In this document: positions 1 through 10,599 of the stretch, one piece after another
How the letters are laid out: each line of letters begins with the position of its first letter
Position numbering within the stretch: the stretch's first letter is position 1
Assembly: GCA_963827515.1 (NCBI GenBank)
Contig: CAWHBF010000021.1
Span: 290,067 to 354,066 of the forward strand
DNA: 64,000 nucleotides
Source: an uncultured Acidobacteriota bacterium
Lineage (GTDB): Bacteria; Acidobacteriota; Vicinamibacteria; Vicinamibacterales; UBA2999
Direction: 5' to 3'
Program-made: the position numbers and the translations under genes
Notes under the pieces: model-generated
What the model was told of the DNA's origin: nothing
The model's database searches: none
What the model saw: only the letters and a program-made list of their open reading frames with translations

Positions 1-881
<881 letters not shown>

Positions 882-903
882 ATGTGGTCATGATGTGAGT
901 TGC

Positions 904-945
904 CTCTTGGCTTTGGTCTCTGGTCTTAGGCTCTTGGTCTGGTCT
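904..945. repeat. heptad-periodic low-complexity element, single arm (ctcttgg ctttggt ctctggt cttaggc tcttggt ctggtct)
   Basis: About six tandem 7-nt units. On the minus strand they read AGACCAGACCAAGAGCCTAAGACCAGAGACCAAAGCCAAGAG, ending ~20 nt upstream of the acnA start. Same unit type as the elements at 36.6, 38.7 and 39.4 kb. Confidence 0.7.
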
Positions 946-1095
946 ATCGGCATCTAGGCTCTCGCATCTGGACGGCGAACTGCCATGCGCCCGAGAGACC
1001 AGCGCCCAAGGCCTGAAGACCACTTTTGATCATACCCCGCGCGAAAGCATGTCGAGAAGTACGGAGACGACGCCAGCAAGGTTTCGGCGCCAATC

Positions 1096-2232
1096 TCAGG
1101 ATGGTCGCGTGCGTCTCGCCGCCACCTCGAGAACCGCGGCGGCTGCCCGTCCACTGGCCCCGGACGAGCCCAGCCGATCTCTGACACCTCGCAGCGCCTC
1201 TCGCATCACGTCATAGCGCGTCAGATCGGTCAAGAGTCCGATGGCTTCCGCAGCCACCCGCTCAGGCGTGAACTCCTCCTGAATCAGCTCGGGCACGACG
1301 CGGCGTCCAGCGATGAGGTTCGGCATCGCATAGGTATCGACATTCAGGAATGGCTTCCCGAGCCGGTAGGACAGTGCCGACACGCGATACACCACGACCA
1401 TTGGCCGCTCGTGCAAGGCGGCTTGCACCGTCGCGGTTCCCGACGCGGTGATCACCACGTCCGATGCCGCGAGCACGTCGTCCGCGTGCCCATCGACGAT
1501 CGTGACTCCGCTCGTCGATAAAGCGCTGAACATCTGGTCCGACAGGCCAGGCGCGCGTGCGACGACGAACTGCACCCCAGGCACCCGGGAGCGAATGAGC
1601 GGCAGCGCCGAGGCCAGGACGGGAGCGATGCGTGCTACTTCGCTCCGACGACTGCCCGGTAGCAGCGCCACGGTCGGCACCTCTGGCGACAGACCGTGCG
1701 CTCGTAGAAACTCGCCGCGCGGTTGCGACGCTCGAGCCAAGTCCACGAGCGGGTGCCCGACGAACTGGACCGGCACTCCGGCTCGCTCATAGAACGCCGA
1801 TTCGAACGGAAAAATCACCAGCACCTTGGTGACGAACCGCTTCATCGTCTCCATGCGACGTGGCCGCCAGGCCCATAGCTGCGGGCTGACGTAGTAGACA
1901 ACCGGCACGCCGAGGCGCCACATCGCCGCAAGGAGATGGAAGTTGAAGCCGGCGAAGTCGATGGCCACGAAGACATCCGGACGTTCGGCCTTGGCTGCCG
2001 CAACGAGACGTCGATACATGGCGTACGCCTGGGGAAGGATGCGCACGATCTCGGTGAGCCCAGCCACCGACAGTCCGGCGAAGTTCCCGACCAGCCTGGC
2101 ACCGGCCGCTTCCATCCGCTCACCACCGAACCCGAAGATTGTGGTGGAAGGTGCACGAGCGCGGAGCTCAGCGACGAGAGCGGCGGCGTAGAGATCGCCG
2201 GACGGCTCGCCGCAGGAGATCATGACGTTCAC
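1096..2232 (-). CDS. lpxB: lipid-A-disaccharide synthase
   Basis: 378-aa ORF starting MNVMISCGEPSGDLYAAALVAELR, with full-length GT19 LpxB-like sequence. Start is GTG at 2232 or ATG at 2223. Confidence 0.9.
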   Translation of the reverse strand: MNVMISCGEPSGDLYAAALVAELRARAPSTTIFGFGGERMEAAGARLVGNFAGLSVAGLTEIVRILPQAYAMYRRLVAAAKAERPDVFVAIDFAGFNFHLLAAMWRLGVPVVYYVSPQLWAWRPRRMETMKRFVTKVLVIFPFESAFYERAGVPVQFVGHPLVDLARASQPRGEFLRAHGLSPEVPTVALLPGSRRSEVARIAPVLASALPLIRSRVPGVQFVVARAPGLSDQMFSALSTSGVTIVDGHADDVLAASDVVITASGTATVQAALHERPMVVVYRVSALSYRLGKPFLNVDTYAMPNLIAGRRVVPELIQEEFTPERVAAEAIGLLTDLTRYDVMREALRGVRDRLGSSGASGRAAAAVLEVAARRTRPS

Positions 2233-2239
2233 GCTTCTG

Positions 2240-2400
2240 AGTTCTCTGTTCTCGGTTCGTGTTCAGGTTCGGTGCTGGGTTCGCGGTTCTCGGTTCGGGG
2301 TTCAGGTTCGAGAACAGAGGTTCGGGGTTCGGGAACAGAGAACCGTGAACTTGAACCGTGAACCGAACCTGAACACGAACCGAGAAGACAGAACCAAGAA
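2240..2400. repeat. ~150-nt palindromic element built from NNGGTTC / GAACCNN heptads
   Basis: Left arm 2246-2273 (ctgttctcggttcgtgttcaggttcggt) versus right arm 2362-2391 (accgaacctgaacacgaaccgagaagacag). A 24-nt stretch is a perfect reverse complement; the interior is made of imperfectly complementary ggttc/gaacc heptads. It fills the M16-lpxB intergenic gap. Confidence 0.8.
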
Positions 2401-2419
2401 GTGTGAACGACGAGCTGCT

Positions 2420-3904
2420 CTACGGTCCTCTGCGGAGTGACGCCGACATGAGGTCGAGCTCTTCGATCGGTACGATCTCGAAGTCGGAGAACCCGACCCG
2501 TTCCAGCTGCGGGACGAACTCTGACGCGTTGCCCACGAGCACGATCGACAGCCGGTCGGGACGCACGTAGGCGCGGGCGACACGCTGGATGTCATCCGGC
2601 GTCACCCGTTGGACGCGCTCGCGGAAGGTGCCGATCTCCTCCACGGGCAGCTCGTAGAACACCACGTTCAGCACTTGCGTGGCGATGTCGTTCGGGGTCT
2701 CGATCGTCAACGGAAAGCTCCCGGCCAGATAGGCCTGCGCGTCCGACAGCTCCCGCAGGGAGACGCGCTCGCGCTGGAGCTTCGAGATTTCGTCGACCAT
2801 GAGTCGAAGAGCCTCGCCGGTCGTTTCGGTACGGGTATCGGTCTCGGCCACGAAGTCGCCCGTCTCTTTTCGCGCCTCCGCGCTCGCCGACGCGCCGTAC
2901 GTCAGCCCGCGCTCGGACCGCAACACACGATGCAGTCGGTTCGCGCCCTCGCCCCCGAGGATCTTCACCGCAAGGTCGAACGCCAGATAGTCCGAATGCT
3001 TTCGCGGGATCGCGATCTGACCGACGCGGATCTCCGTCTGCACGGCGTCAGGCTTGTCCACGATGACTATCCGCCTGGCCGACGGCGGCGGGTCGATCAC
3101 CTTGACGGGCTCGATGGCGGCGCGAGGCCAGGCGCCGAATACCCGTTCGGCGGCGGCGAATCCTTCTTCACTGCTGATGTCCCCAACGATCGCGAGGATC
3201 ATGTTGTTGGGCACGAAATTCCGCTTGTGATACGCCTGAAGATCGGCGCGCGTGATGGCGGCCAAGGTCTGCGGGGTACCGCTGTTCGGTAGTCCGTAGG
3301 GATGAAAGCCGTACACCAACCGATCGAACAAGGTGCCGGCGATGTAATCGGGATCCTCGGCACTGACCTGCAACGACGACATCGTTTGTTGCTTCTGCCG
3401 CTCGATCTCTTCGACGGCGAACGCGGGGTTCCGAACGATGTCGGACAGCAGTTCCATGGCCACGCCGAATGAATCCTTCATCACGACCACGTTGACGAAG
3501 CTCAGGTCGGAGCCGGAACCGGCGCCGAGCGCTCCGCCGATGAAGTCGATCTGATCGGCGATTTGCTCTGAGCTCTTCGTGGTCGTCCCCTGGTCGAGGA
3601 GGGTTCCAGTCAGGCTCGCGACGCCAGCCTTGCCTGGCAGGTCCTGGACGGACCCCGCACGCACCACCATCCGCATGCTCACGGCCGGCTGCTCGTGGTG
3701 CGCGACCGTGATCACCTGGAGCCCGTTGACCAGCGTGCGCACCTCGTACGGCGGGAACTTGACGGCACGTGCGGGGAGCGGCTGCGGCGGGGGTTCCGAC
3801 GGCCAGTTCGAGACCTGCGCGCTCACCGCACTGGTGTACACCGCGAACCCAACGCCCAGCACGCCCGGCAGGAGTCCGAACCCCAGCAACACGCGTCTCC
3901 TCAT
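2420..3904 (-). CDS. M16-family peptidase-like protein, non-catalytic partner (no HxxEH motif)
   Basis: 494-aa ORF with a signal-like N-terminus (MRRRVLLGFGLLPGVLGVGFAVYTSAVSAQ) and M16 fold-like sequence. The zinc-motif position reads GVASLTGTLLDQG. ATGA overlap with the upstream M16 gene. Confidence 0.8.
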   Translation of the reverse strand: MRRRVLLGFGLLPGVLGVGFAVYTSAVSAQVSNWPSEPPPQPLPARAVKFPPYEVRTLVNGLQVITVAHHEQPAVSMRMVVRAGSVQDLPGKAGVASLTGTLLDQGTTTKSSEQIADQIDFIGGALGAGSGSDLSFVNVVVMKDSFGVAMELLSDIVRNPAFAVEEIERQKQQTMSSLQVSAEDPDYIAGTLFDRLVYGFHPYGLPNSGTPQTLAAITRADLQAYHKRNFVPNNMILAIVGDISSEEGFAAAERVFGAWPRAAIEPVKVIDPPPSARRIVIVDKPDAVQTEIRVGQIAIPRKHSDYLAFDLAVKILGGEGANRLHRVLRSERGLTYGASASAEARKETGDFVAETDTRTETTGEALRLMVDEISKLQRERVSLRELSDAQAYLAGSFPLTIETPNDIATQVLNVVFYELPVEEIGTFRERVQRVTPDDIQRVARAYVRPDRLSIVLVGNASEFVPQLERVGFSDFEIVPIEELDLMSASLRRGP

Positions 3905-5250
3905 CGGGGTGTCCCCTTGGGAAGAATGTGCAGCACGACGCGGTTGGTATCGTTGAAGTACGTCCGTGCCACGCGCTGCACATCCGCCGCAGTGGTCTTC
4001 ATGAAGATGTCGAACTCGCCGTCGGCTGTGGTGATGTCGTTGTGGATCACGGCAGCGTGGGCCAGGTGCGTGGCCTTCTCTTCATTGGATTCGCGGCTCA
4101 AGATGTAGTCACGCGCCCACTGGTTCTGCGAGCGCTGCATCTCCTGCTCAGTCACTCCCCCGGTCTTCAGCTTGTCGAATTCAGCGATGATCGCCTTCTC
4201 TGCCGCCTCAGGGGTCTGTCCCGGCTGAACGATGCACACGGCGAAGAACAGGTTGGGGTGCTCCGTGATGTTGCCGCTACCAAACGCGGTCAGACACAAG
4301 CGCCGGTTGTAGATGAGTTCTCGCGAGATTCTGGCGCTCTGCCCGTCCGACAGGATCTTCGACGTCACGTGGAGCGGGTAGGAATCCGGATGCCCGTCGT
4401 AGGTGATGTGGTACGCCACGACGACGGCCGGCAAGGGCCAGGCCTCTTCGACCACGGCGCGGCGTTCCCGCGTCATCGGCGCTTCCGTCGGAATATCCCT
4501 CGGTACCGGCCGTGTCGCCTTGGGGACACGGCCGAAATACTGCGTGACCATCTGCAGCGCTTGGGCCGAATCAAAGTCCCCGACGATCGTCACGGTGGCG
4601 TTCTCGGGCACGTAGTACGTTCTGTGAAAATCACGCACGTCGGCGATGGACGCTGCCTCGAGGTCCGCCATACTGCCGATCGTCGGGTGCTTGTAGGGAT
4701 GGGTGAGGAACGAGTTGTCGTAGATGATCTCGGAGAGCCGGCCGTACGGCTGATTCTCGATGCGCATCCGCCGCTCTTCCTTGACCACCTCTCGCTCGCG
4801 CCGGAATGCCGCCTCGTCCACTCGCAGCGTGGCCATGCGATCCGCTTCCATCCACAGCGCCAGGGGCATGTAATGCGCCGGCAAGGTCTGCCAGAAGACC
4901 GTGATGTCCTCGGTGGTGTAGGCGTTGCTCTGGCCGCCAACGCCCGCAATGATGGACGTGTGCGATTCCGGCTCCACGTTCTTCGAGCCCTTGAACATCA
5001 TGTGCTCGAAGAGGTGCGCAAACCCTGTGCGTCCGGCCCGCTCGTTCTTGGAACCGACGTGGTACCACACGGACACGTGCACGATCGGCGTCGAGTGATC
5101 CTCGGACAGGATCACGCGCAAACCGTTCGGCAACGTCGTGATCTGATATTGGAGCTTCGGAGGACGAACCGCGGCCTGCATGGGCGTCAGCGCCACCGAC
5201 GCAACGATGGACACCGCCAGACAGGCCGCCAGGCGAAGGTACCAGCGCAT
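3901..5250 (-). CDS. M16-family zinc metallopeptidase (pitrilysin/PqqL-like), catalytic subunit
   Basis: FAHLFEHMMFKGS contains the HxxEH zinc motif. I prefer the internal ATG at 5250, which gives a signal-peptide-like start (MRWYLRLAACLAVSIVASVA) and removes the overlap with the upstream gene. Confidence 0.85.
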   Translation of the reverse strand: MRWYLRLAACLAVSIVASVALTPMQAAVRPPKLQYQITTLPNGLRVILSEDHSTPIVHVSVWYHVGSKNERAGRTGFAHLFEHMMFKGSKNVEPESHTSIIAGVGGQSNAYTTEDITVFWQTLPAHYMPLALWMEADRMATLRVDEAAFRREREVVKEERRMRIENQPYGRLSEIIYDNSFLTHPYKHPTIGSMADLEAASIADVRDFHRTYYVPENATVTIVGDFDSAQALQMVTQYFGRVPKATRPVPRDIPTEAPMTRERRAVVEEAWPLPAVVVAYHITYDGHPDSYPLHVTSKILSDGQSARISRELIYNRRLCLTAFGSGNITEHPNLFFAVCIVQPGQTPEAAEKAIIAEFDKLKTGGVTEQEMQRSQNQWARDYILSRESNEEKATHLAHAAVIHNDITTADGEFDIFMKTTAADVQRVARTYFNDTNRVVLHILPKGTPR

Positions 5251-5261
5251 ATGGCTCTGGA

Positions 5262-6059
5262 TTATGGCACGCGGAAGGGACCGAGGCTTGAAATGCGAAA
5301 TCCCGCGGTCATCCATCGCACTGTCGAGAATTCGAGCTGATAGGGATCCACTCGCTGCTCGGCGGCCAGGAACAAATCGAGCGTCGCACTTCGACCCGCA
5401 AACCGGACGCCCCCCTCTCCACGAAAGCCGAACTGATTGCCCCGTGCCTGCGTGCCGTCCACGCCGAGCATGCGCCAGGCGCCGGTCGCTATGAGAGCCG
5501 CCCGCGGCTGCAGCATCAGGCGCGTGGAGACCACGCTATCGATCTCCCATCGGTAGTCCACGTACGAGTGCTGGATCACAGTCCTGATGTCGGCGCGTGC
5601 CTCGTAGTCCAAGCGATCGCGGCGGCCTCCTCCACGAATCCGTCCGCCTACCATGTTCCAATCTATGGCTTGGCGCTTGGGACGATCGCTGAGATGCCGG
5701 GACACATGGTGGAAGACGCCGGCGACCTCCACCGCAGCCGCGCGAACGGACGCCGACGCTTCGAGGGTGTAGTTGCCTTGATTCGGGTCGAACATCCTGA
5801 ATTCGCTCCCGAGGATCGTCTGATAGTTGGCGAGAAAGGTGACGCGACTGCGCCCGATGCTCACGAGATCGATATCGCTCCCGAAGTTGGCATCCCACAC
5901 GTAGCGCATCTCTTCACTGAAGAGATGCTCCATGCTGACGTCAAAATCAAGACGCGGGAGAAACGCCACCGTGGGTTCGGCAGCCGGATCCGGGGTCTGC
6001 GCGAAACCCGACCCGACGCTCGCCGCGAGCGCCACCAGCACCAGGACGGCCGACCTCAC
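5262..6059 (-). CDS. secreted hypothetical protein, possible outer-membrane beta-barrel
   Basis: 265-aa ORF with a signal peptide ([21 protein letters not shown]) and alternating hydrophobic pattern. Embedded between lpxD and the M16 pair. No family recognised. Confidence 0.5.
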   Translation of the reverse strand: MRSAVLVLVALAASVGSGFAQTPDPAAEPTVAFLPRLDFDVSMEHLFSEEMRYVWDANFGSDIDLVSIGRSRVTFLANYQTILGSEFRMFDPNQGNYTLEASASVRAAAVEVAGVFHHVSRHLSDRPKRQAIDWNMVGGRIRGGGRRDRLDYEARADIRTVIQHSYVDYRWEIDSVVSTRLMLQPRAALIATGAWRMLGVDGTQARGNQFGFRGEGGVRFAGRSATLDLFLAAEQRVDPYQLEFSTVRWMTAGFRISSLGPFRVP

Positions 6060-7102
6060 CGAGGAATGTCTCCGGGCGGTTCGGCGCGGGACACGAGGTC
6101 AGCCAAACGCGCCTCGAGCTCCGTGAGGCGGCGTTTCAGCTCCGGCAGGCGCTTCACCAGGACCGACGCCTTTCGCCACGTCGGCAGGTCTATCGCCGGA
6201 TAGCCGCCGACCACGGCACCCGGCTCGAGCGAGTTGGTCACACCCGACTGCCCCACCGCCATGCTCCCCCGTCCGATGGTCAAATGCCCGCCCACCCCGA
6301 CCTGCCCGCCGAACACCACGTCGTCTCCGATCTCCGTGCTGCCGGCAATGCCCACCTGCGCAGCCATGAGGACGTTGCGGCCGACGGTGACCCCGTGGGC
6401 GATCTGCACCAGGTTGTCGATCTTCGTGCCGCTCCGAATACGCGTTTCGCCGACCGCGGGCCGATCCACGGTCGTATTGGCGCCGAGCTCGACATCGTCT
6501 TCGATCACGACGATGGCGACCTGTGGGATCTTCTCGTGCGTCCCGTCCCCTCGTCTCACGAAGCCGTAGCCGTCGCTCCCAACCACGACCCCGTTCTGCA
6601 GTACCACACGGTCGCCGATCACCACTCGTTCGCGAATCGACACGTTGGAGTGAATGACACAGTCCGCTCCCACCCGCGCTCCTGGCCCGATCGTCACATT
6701 GGGAAACACCACCGTGCGGTCACCGATGACGACGTCGGCGGCGATCGACACGAAGGCTCCAATCGAGACGTCCTCACCCATTCGCGCGTCAGCGGCCACA
6801 GCGGCCATCGCGTGCACGCCGGCCGCGGGCCGCCAGGCCGGCGCGAATAGTCCGACGGCGCGGGCAAACGCCAGATAGGGATCGGCCGTTCTCAGCATGG
6901 CGCAGGGCGCGGGCGGCACGCCTTCGCTCAGCAGTACCGCCGACGCGCGTGTGTGCGCCATGGCCGACTCGTACTTGGAATTCGCCAGGAACGTCAGGTC
7001 GCCCGGCTGCGCGTGCTGAATACCGGCCACGCGGACGATGTCGATGTCGCCGTCGCCGTCGAGCCGGCAGGCGAGTTGCTCAGCGAGATCCCGTAGCTTC
7101 AC
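6056..7102 (-). CDS. lpxD: UDP-3-O-acylglucosamine N-acyltransferase
   Basis: 348-aa ORF starting [44 protein letters not shown], followed by hexapeptide (LbH) repeats, typical of LpxD. Confidence 0.9.
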   Translation of the reverse strand: MKLRDLAEQLACRLDGDGDIDIVRVAGIQHAQPGDLTFLANSKYESAMAHTRASAVLLSEGVPPAPCAMLRTADPYLAFARAVGLFAPAWRPAAGVHAMAAVAADARMGEDVSIGAFVSIAADVVIGDRTVVFPNVTIGPGARVGADCVIHSNVSIRERVVIGDRVVLQNGVVVGSDGYGFVRRGDGTHEKIPQVAIVVIEDDVELGANTTVDRPAVGETRIRSGTKIDNLVQIAHGVTVGRNVLMAAQVGIAGSTEIGDDVVFGGQVGVGGHLTIGRGSMAVGQSGVTNSLEPGAVVGGYPAIDLPTWRKASVLVKRLPELKRRLTELEARLADLVSRAEPPGDIPR

Positions 7103-7121
7103 GATGTCTCGAGAGAATCTA

Positions 7122-7820
7122 TCACGCGTGACGTGAGGCCACTCGCGCGAAGAAGATCGTCAGATGCTGGAGTCGCAGCCGATCCGCAATGTCCTGGATG
7201 CGCGCCTCGCGCGCTGCTGTTTCCAGCGACGCGAGGTCTCGAAGCTCGGTGAGCGGCGGGCAGGGCCGGCCCGACCACGTGATGCGGTGAAGGCCTTGGG
7301 ACGCGCCCCGCATCGACAGCCAGTGTCCAAAGACGCGGAAGGTGAAGTAGTACGCCAGTATATTGGGTCCCGGTATGAGCGCGATGGGTCCGGACACAAT
7401 CAGCCCGACGGCGTCGATCGCCAGCCACAGCCGGTGACGCTCGTAGTCGCGTCGGAGCGTGCGACGGACGAGCGTCATCACCTCCTCGAACGTCATGTCG
7501 TGCGGATGCGCTGCCTCGGCGGACGTGAGACGCCGGAGGTTCCAGAGCAGGCGCTGCTCGGCGATGCGCTGCGCCACCCAGCCGAGCAAGCGGTCCTGCT
7601 TGCGTCCCAGCCAGGACTTGGATGCGGGCGACGCGTCGCGCTGTCCATCCTCGGCAGCCCGAATCATCTCGACGAACCGGCGCCGGAAACGACCGAACAG
7701 ACCGCTCGTGGGCTCTCCGTCCACCTCGGCCGGCGGATCGACCGACGGCTCACAATACAGCTCGTACTGGTCCTGGCCGATCGGAATTACGTACACGTCC
7801 ATCGGCACTGACGATAGCAT
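7122..7820 (-). CDS. conserved hypothetical membrane protein
   Basis: 232-aa ORF with plausible codon usage and one or two hydrophobic segments ([31 protein letters not shown]). The start could be ATG 7802. Confidence 0.5.
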   Translation of the reverse strand: MLSSVPMDVYVIPIGQDQYELYCEPSVDPPAEVDGEPTSGLFGRFRRRFVEMIRAAEDGQRDASPASKSWLGRKQDRLLGWVAQRIAEQRLLWNLRRLTSAEAAHPHDMTFEEVMTLVRRTLRRDYERHRLWLAIDAVGLIVSGPIALIPGPNILAYYFTFRVFGHWLSMRGASQGLHRITWSGRPCPPLTELRDLASLETAAREARIQDIADRLRLQHLTIFFARVASRHA

Positions 7821-7838
7821 CCCACGTAGACCGGCTGT

Positions 7839-9566
7839 TCAGCGGATCAGGCGGACGCGAGACGGTAGATCCGAACGGATGGGCGAGCGCCGCGAAAAGT
7901 ACGCCGCCGCGATCTCCACGTCGACACCAACGGTGACAGGATCGGTTCCCGAAGCGAGAGCGGAGACGTCGTCCCCTCCACCCCAGAGAAAATTGCTGGT
8001 CGCGACTCGGTAGGTTCGATCAGGAAGCAACGGAGCGCCGTCGATGCGGACAGATGTGCGATCGACGCGCTGCCCCCGAGGCCGCGAGGCGTCGTACGCG
8101 TATGTCAGGCTGCTCGAGACCGGCAGGATGCGCGTGCGCGCAGCGCCGAACTGCTCCTCGAGCAACCGGAGCAGGGCGTCGCCCCTCAGCGACTTCACGA
8201 TGAGCTCGTTGGCGAACGGCAACACCGAAAAGAGCTGCGCGAAGGTCACCGGGGCCGATGCCGCCCCGGCGGGCGCGACGAGATCCGCGCGAATCCCCCC
8301 GGAGTTCCAGAACGCCACATCCACGTCGCCGATGCGTGCCTCGCGCGCACCGTCGTGCATGGCATCGGCGATGACGCGCCCCAGCGAGGACTCCCCTGCC
8401 GCGTCGGGCGTTCGCATCAAGCTGCCCGTGATGGTCCCGATGACGCGTCCTCCGACTTTCTCGGCAACCGGGCTATACCGCGCGATGATCGCCGACTGGG
8501 CAGGGTCCTTCGGCACGTCGCGTGTCACGATCAGGTTCCGAGCCGACTTGGCGATCACTTCGCCGTCAGAGCGCCGGATGCGCAGATCGATCTTCGTCAC
8601 CAGGCGGCCGCCCGATGAGGCGCTCGTGACGAGCTTCCCGCCAATGCCGCAGTTGTAGGCCTGGTGGCTGTGGCCGGAGATGATGACATCGATATCATCG
8701 GACATTCGGGTGGACACGTTACGGAGATCGTTGGAGATTCTGTCGCACCCGTTCACGCTCCGGCCTTGCTGATCCCCGCCCTCGTGCATCACGACCACAA
8801 TCGCGCGCACGCCCTGCTTTCGCAGCGCACTCGCCGCTTCGTTCGCAGCAGCCGCTTCCTCCCCAAACGTCAACCCGCGCACGCTGTCCGGAATGATGAT
8901 GCTCGGCGCCTCCTGGAGCGTCAGGCCGATGAAGCCAACCCGCACGCCACCCAGCTCACGGATGGTGTACGGAGGAAACAGCCGCCTGGGCTCCGATCCT
9001 TGCAGCCCCGCTCGCGCAAGCATGCCGGAATCGGCCTGACTGGGATCGAGTGTGATGTTCGCAGCGACATAGGAGAAGGTTGCCCCCTTGAACGCCGTCC
9101 CCGCGAGGCACCCATCAACAGGATGGCAGCCGCCATCCTGAACCCTCCGGAGCTCCCACCATCCCTCGTCCAGCTCGTGATTGCCGACGGCGGACACGTC
9201 CAAGCCGGCGAGATTCAGGGCTTCGATCGTTGCCTCGTCGTGCGAGAGGCTCGACAAGAGTGGCGAGGCGCCGATGTTGTCGCCGGCAGAAACGACGACC
9301 GTGTTGGGGTTGGTCCGCCGCAACCGGGCCAAATGGGTCGCGAGGTACTCGATGCCGCCGGCGTCGGTGGTCCCAATGCGTCCGTTCGCACCCGAGGCAG
9401 GTTCGAGCGCGCCATGAAAATCGTTGATCGCGAGCAACTGCACATCGACCGTCGCAGGCAGCGACTGCGCACGCGGCAGCGCGGCGAGCGCCGGCCGCGG
9501 CCACAACGACAGAGAGGATGGCGATTCGTGAAAAGCGCGCCACGAGTCAGAATGATAGTCGAACAT
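7839..9566 (-). CDS. bifunctional metallophosphatase / 5'-nucleotidase (UshA-like)
   Basis: Motifs LLAINDFHGALEP, GDNIGASP and GNHELDEG, plus a C-terminal 5'-nucleotidase domain. The ORF-track start (9746) overlaps nfo; internal ATG 9566 or 9587 is preferred, so the start is uncertain. Confidence 0.8.
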   Translation of the reverse strand: MFDYHSDSWRAFHESPSSLSLWPRPALAALPRAQSLPATVDVQLLAINDFHGALEPASGANGRIGTTDAGGIEYLATHLARLRRTNPNTVVVSAGDNIGASPLLSSLSHDEATIEALNLAGLDVSAVGNHELDEGWWELRRVQDGGCHPVDGCLAGTAFKGATFSYVAANITLDPSQADSGMLARAGLQGSEPRRLFPPYTIRELGGVRVGFIGLTLQEAPSIIIPDSVRGLTFGEEAAAANEAASALRKQGVRAIVVVMHEGGDQQGRSVNGCDRISNDLRNVSTRMSDDIDVIISGHSHQAYNCGIGGKLVTSASSGGRLVTKIDLRIRRSDGEVIAKSARNLIVTRDVPKDPAQSAIIARYSPVAEKVGGRVIGTITGSLMRTPDAAGESSLGRVIADAMHDGAREARIGDVDVAFWNSGGIRADLVAPAGAASAPVTFAQLFSVLPFANELIVKSLRGDALLRLLEEQFGAARTRILPVSSSLTYAYDASRPRGQRVDRTSVRIDGAPLLPDRTYRVATSNFLWGGGDDVSALASGTDPVTVGVDVEIAAAYFSRRSPIRSDLPSRVRLIR

Positions 9567-10599
9567 GCTTCGTATCGGCGCGCACATGTCGGTGTCCGGA
9601 GGCGTGTCGAAGGCTGTCGACCGCGCGCGCATCCACGGGTGCGAGGCCCTGCAGATTTTCACGAAGAACGCAAGCCAATGGCGAGGCAAGCCACTCGACC
9701 CTTCCGAGGTCACAGCGTTCCGCACGCGCATCGAGGAGACCGGCATCCATCCGGTCGTGTCGCACGCCAGCTACCTCATCAATCTGGCCACGACCTCAGA
9801 CGTGCTCCGCGCGCAATCGCTCGAAGCATTCATCGACGAGCTCGACCGGGCTGACACCCTCGGACTGATGGGCGTGGTCATCCATCCTGGCACGTGCACC
9901 GCCGGCAGCGAGGAGGATGGGCTCCGACTGATCGCCGAAGCGATTCACCGGGCGTTGGACGCTCGGCCGCAGCACAGGACGATGGTGATCCTCGAGCACA
10001 CTGCTGGACAAGGAAGGACGCTCGGGCACCGGTTCGAGCACCTCGCGGCGATCATCGCTCACCTCCAAGGGTCACCGCGGATCGGCGTGTGCCTGGACAC
10101 GTGTCATCTCTTCGCGTCGGGCTACGACATCACTTCTGATACAGGCTATCGCGATACCTTCGACGCCTTCGAGCGCACCATCGGCTTCGATCGACTGATG
10201 GTGTTTCACGGAAACGACTCGAAAAAGGTGCTCGGGAGCCGCGTCGACCGTCACGAGCACATTGGGAAGGGCTGTATCGGCGAGGAGCCGTTCAGGCGTC
10301 TCCTGCACGACCGGCGATTCGCCGGACTGCCACTGCTGCTCGAAACCGAGAAATCGAAAATCTCCGACAAGCCCGGGCTGATCGCTCTCGATCCGCTGGA
10401 CCAACAGAATCTCGACACCCTCCGGCGGCTTCGAGCAGAACGGACACGCGTGCGTGTAGAGCGCAGGCTTCAGCCTGCGCGCGCGCAGCCACGTTCGCGA
10501 CGGTCTCCGCTCGACCGCGTCAGCGAACGGAGGCGAATTTCGGGAAGCGGAATCCCGTCTTGCGCGGCGGCTCCGGCGCGAGGCCCGCTGACGGATTGA
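9565..10599 (+). CDS. nfo: endonuclease IV (deoxyribonuclease IV) with ~50-aa non-conserved C-terminal read-through
   Basis: MLRIGAHMSVSGGVSKAVDRARIHGCEALQIFTKNASQWRG... is an AP endonuclease 2 / TIM-barrel sequence. The conserved part ends near LDTLRRLRA (~10440). The tail crosses a REP element and overlaps the convergent gene by 80 nt. Confidence 0.85.
   Translation: MLRIGAHMSVSGGVSKAVDRARIHGCEALQIFTKNASQWRGKPLDPSEVTAFRTRIEETGIHPVVSHASYLINLATTSDVLRAQSLEAFIDELDRADTLGLMGVVIHPGTCTAGSEEDGLRLIAEAIHRALDARPQHRTMVILEHTAGQGRTLGHRFEHLAAIIAHLQGSPRIGVCLDTCHLFASGYDITSDTGYRDTFDAFERTIGFDRLMVFHGNDSKKVLGSRVDRHEHIGKGCIGEEPFRRLLHDRRFAGLPLLLETEKSKISDKPGLIALDPLDQQNLDTLRRLRAERTRVRVERRLQPARAQPRSRRSPLDRVSERRRISGSGIPSCAAAPARGPLTD
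10452..10482. repeat. REP-like palindromic element (tgtagagcgcaggcttcagcctgcgcgc)
   Basis: GTAGAG head followed by an 8-bp stem gcgcaggc/gcctgcgc around loop ttca. Same family as the copies at 13.8, 26.6, 46.2 and 54-57 kb. Confidence 0.75.

Noticed and set aside
2420-5250. Second M16 peptidase lacking HxxEH, considered as a decayed duplicate.
   Set aside because: Active/inactive M16 pairs encoded by overlapping genes are a common heterodimeric arrangement. The ORF is intact with its own signal peptide.
3769-5340. 523-aa + strand ORF. Similar long antisense ORFs: 345-893, 8664-9854, 19289-20458, 22042-23556, 24894-26177, 33973-35259, 40058-41269, 41873-42898, 46448-48178.
   Set aside because: All lie antisense to, or out of frame with, strongly conserved genes (M16 peptidase, acnA, 5'-nucleotidase, gatA, dnaK, ymdB/xseA, envC-like, pheS, pheT, ABC exporter). 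They are Arg/Gly/Pro/His-rich with no recognisable motifs. Long open antisense frames are expected at this GC content.
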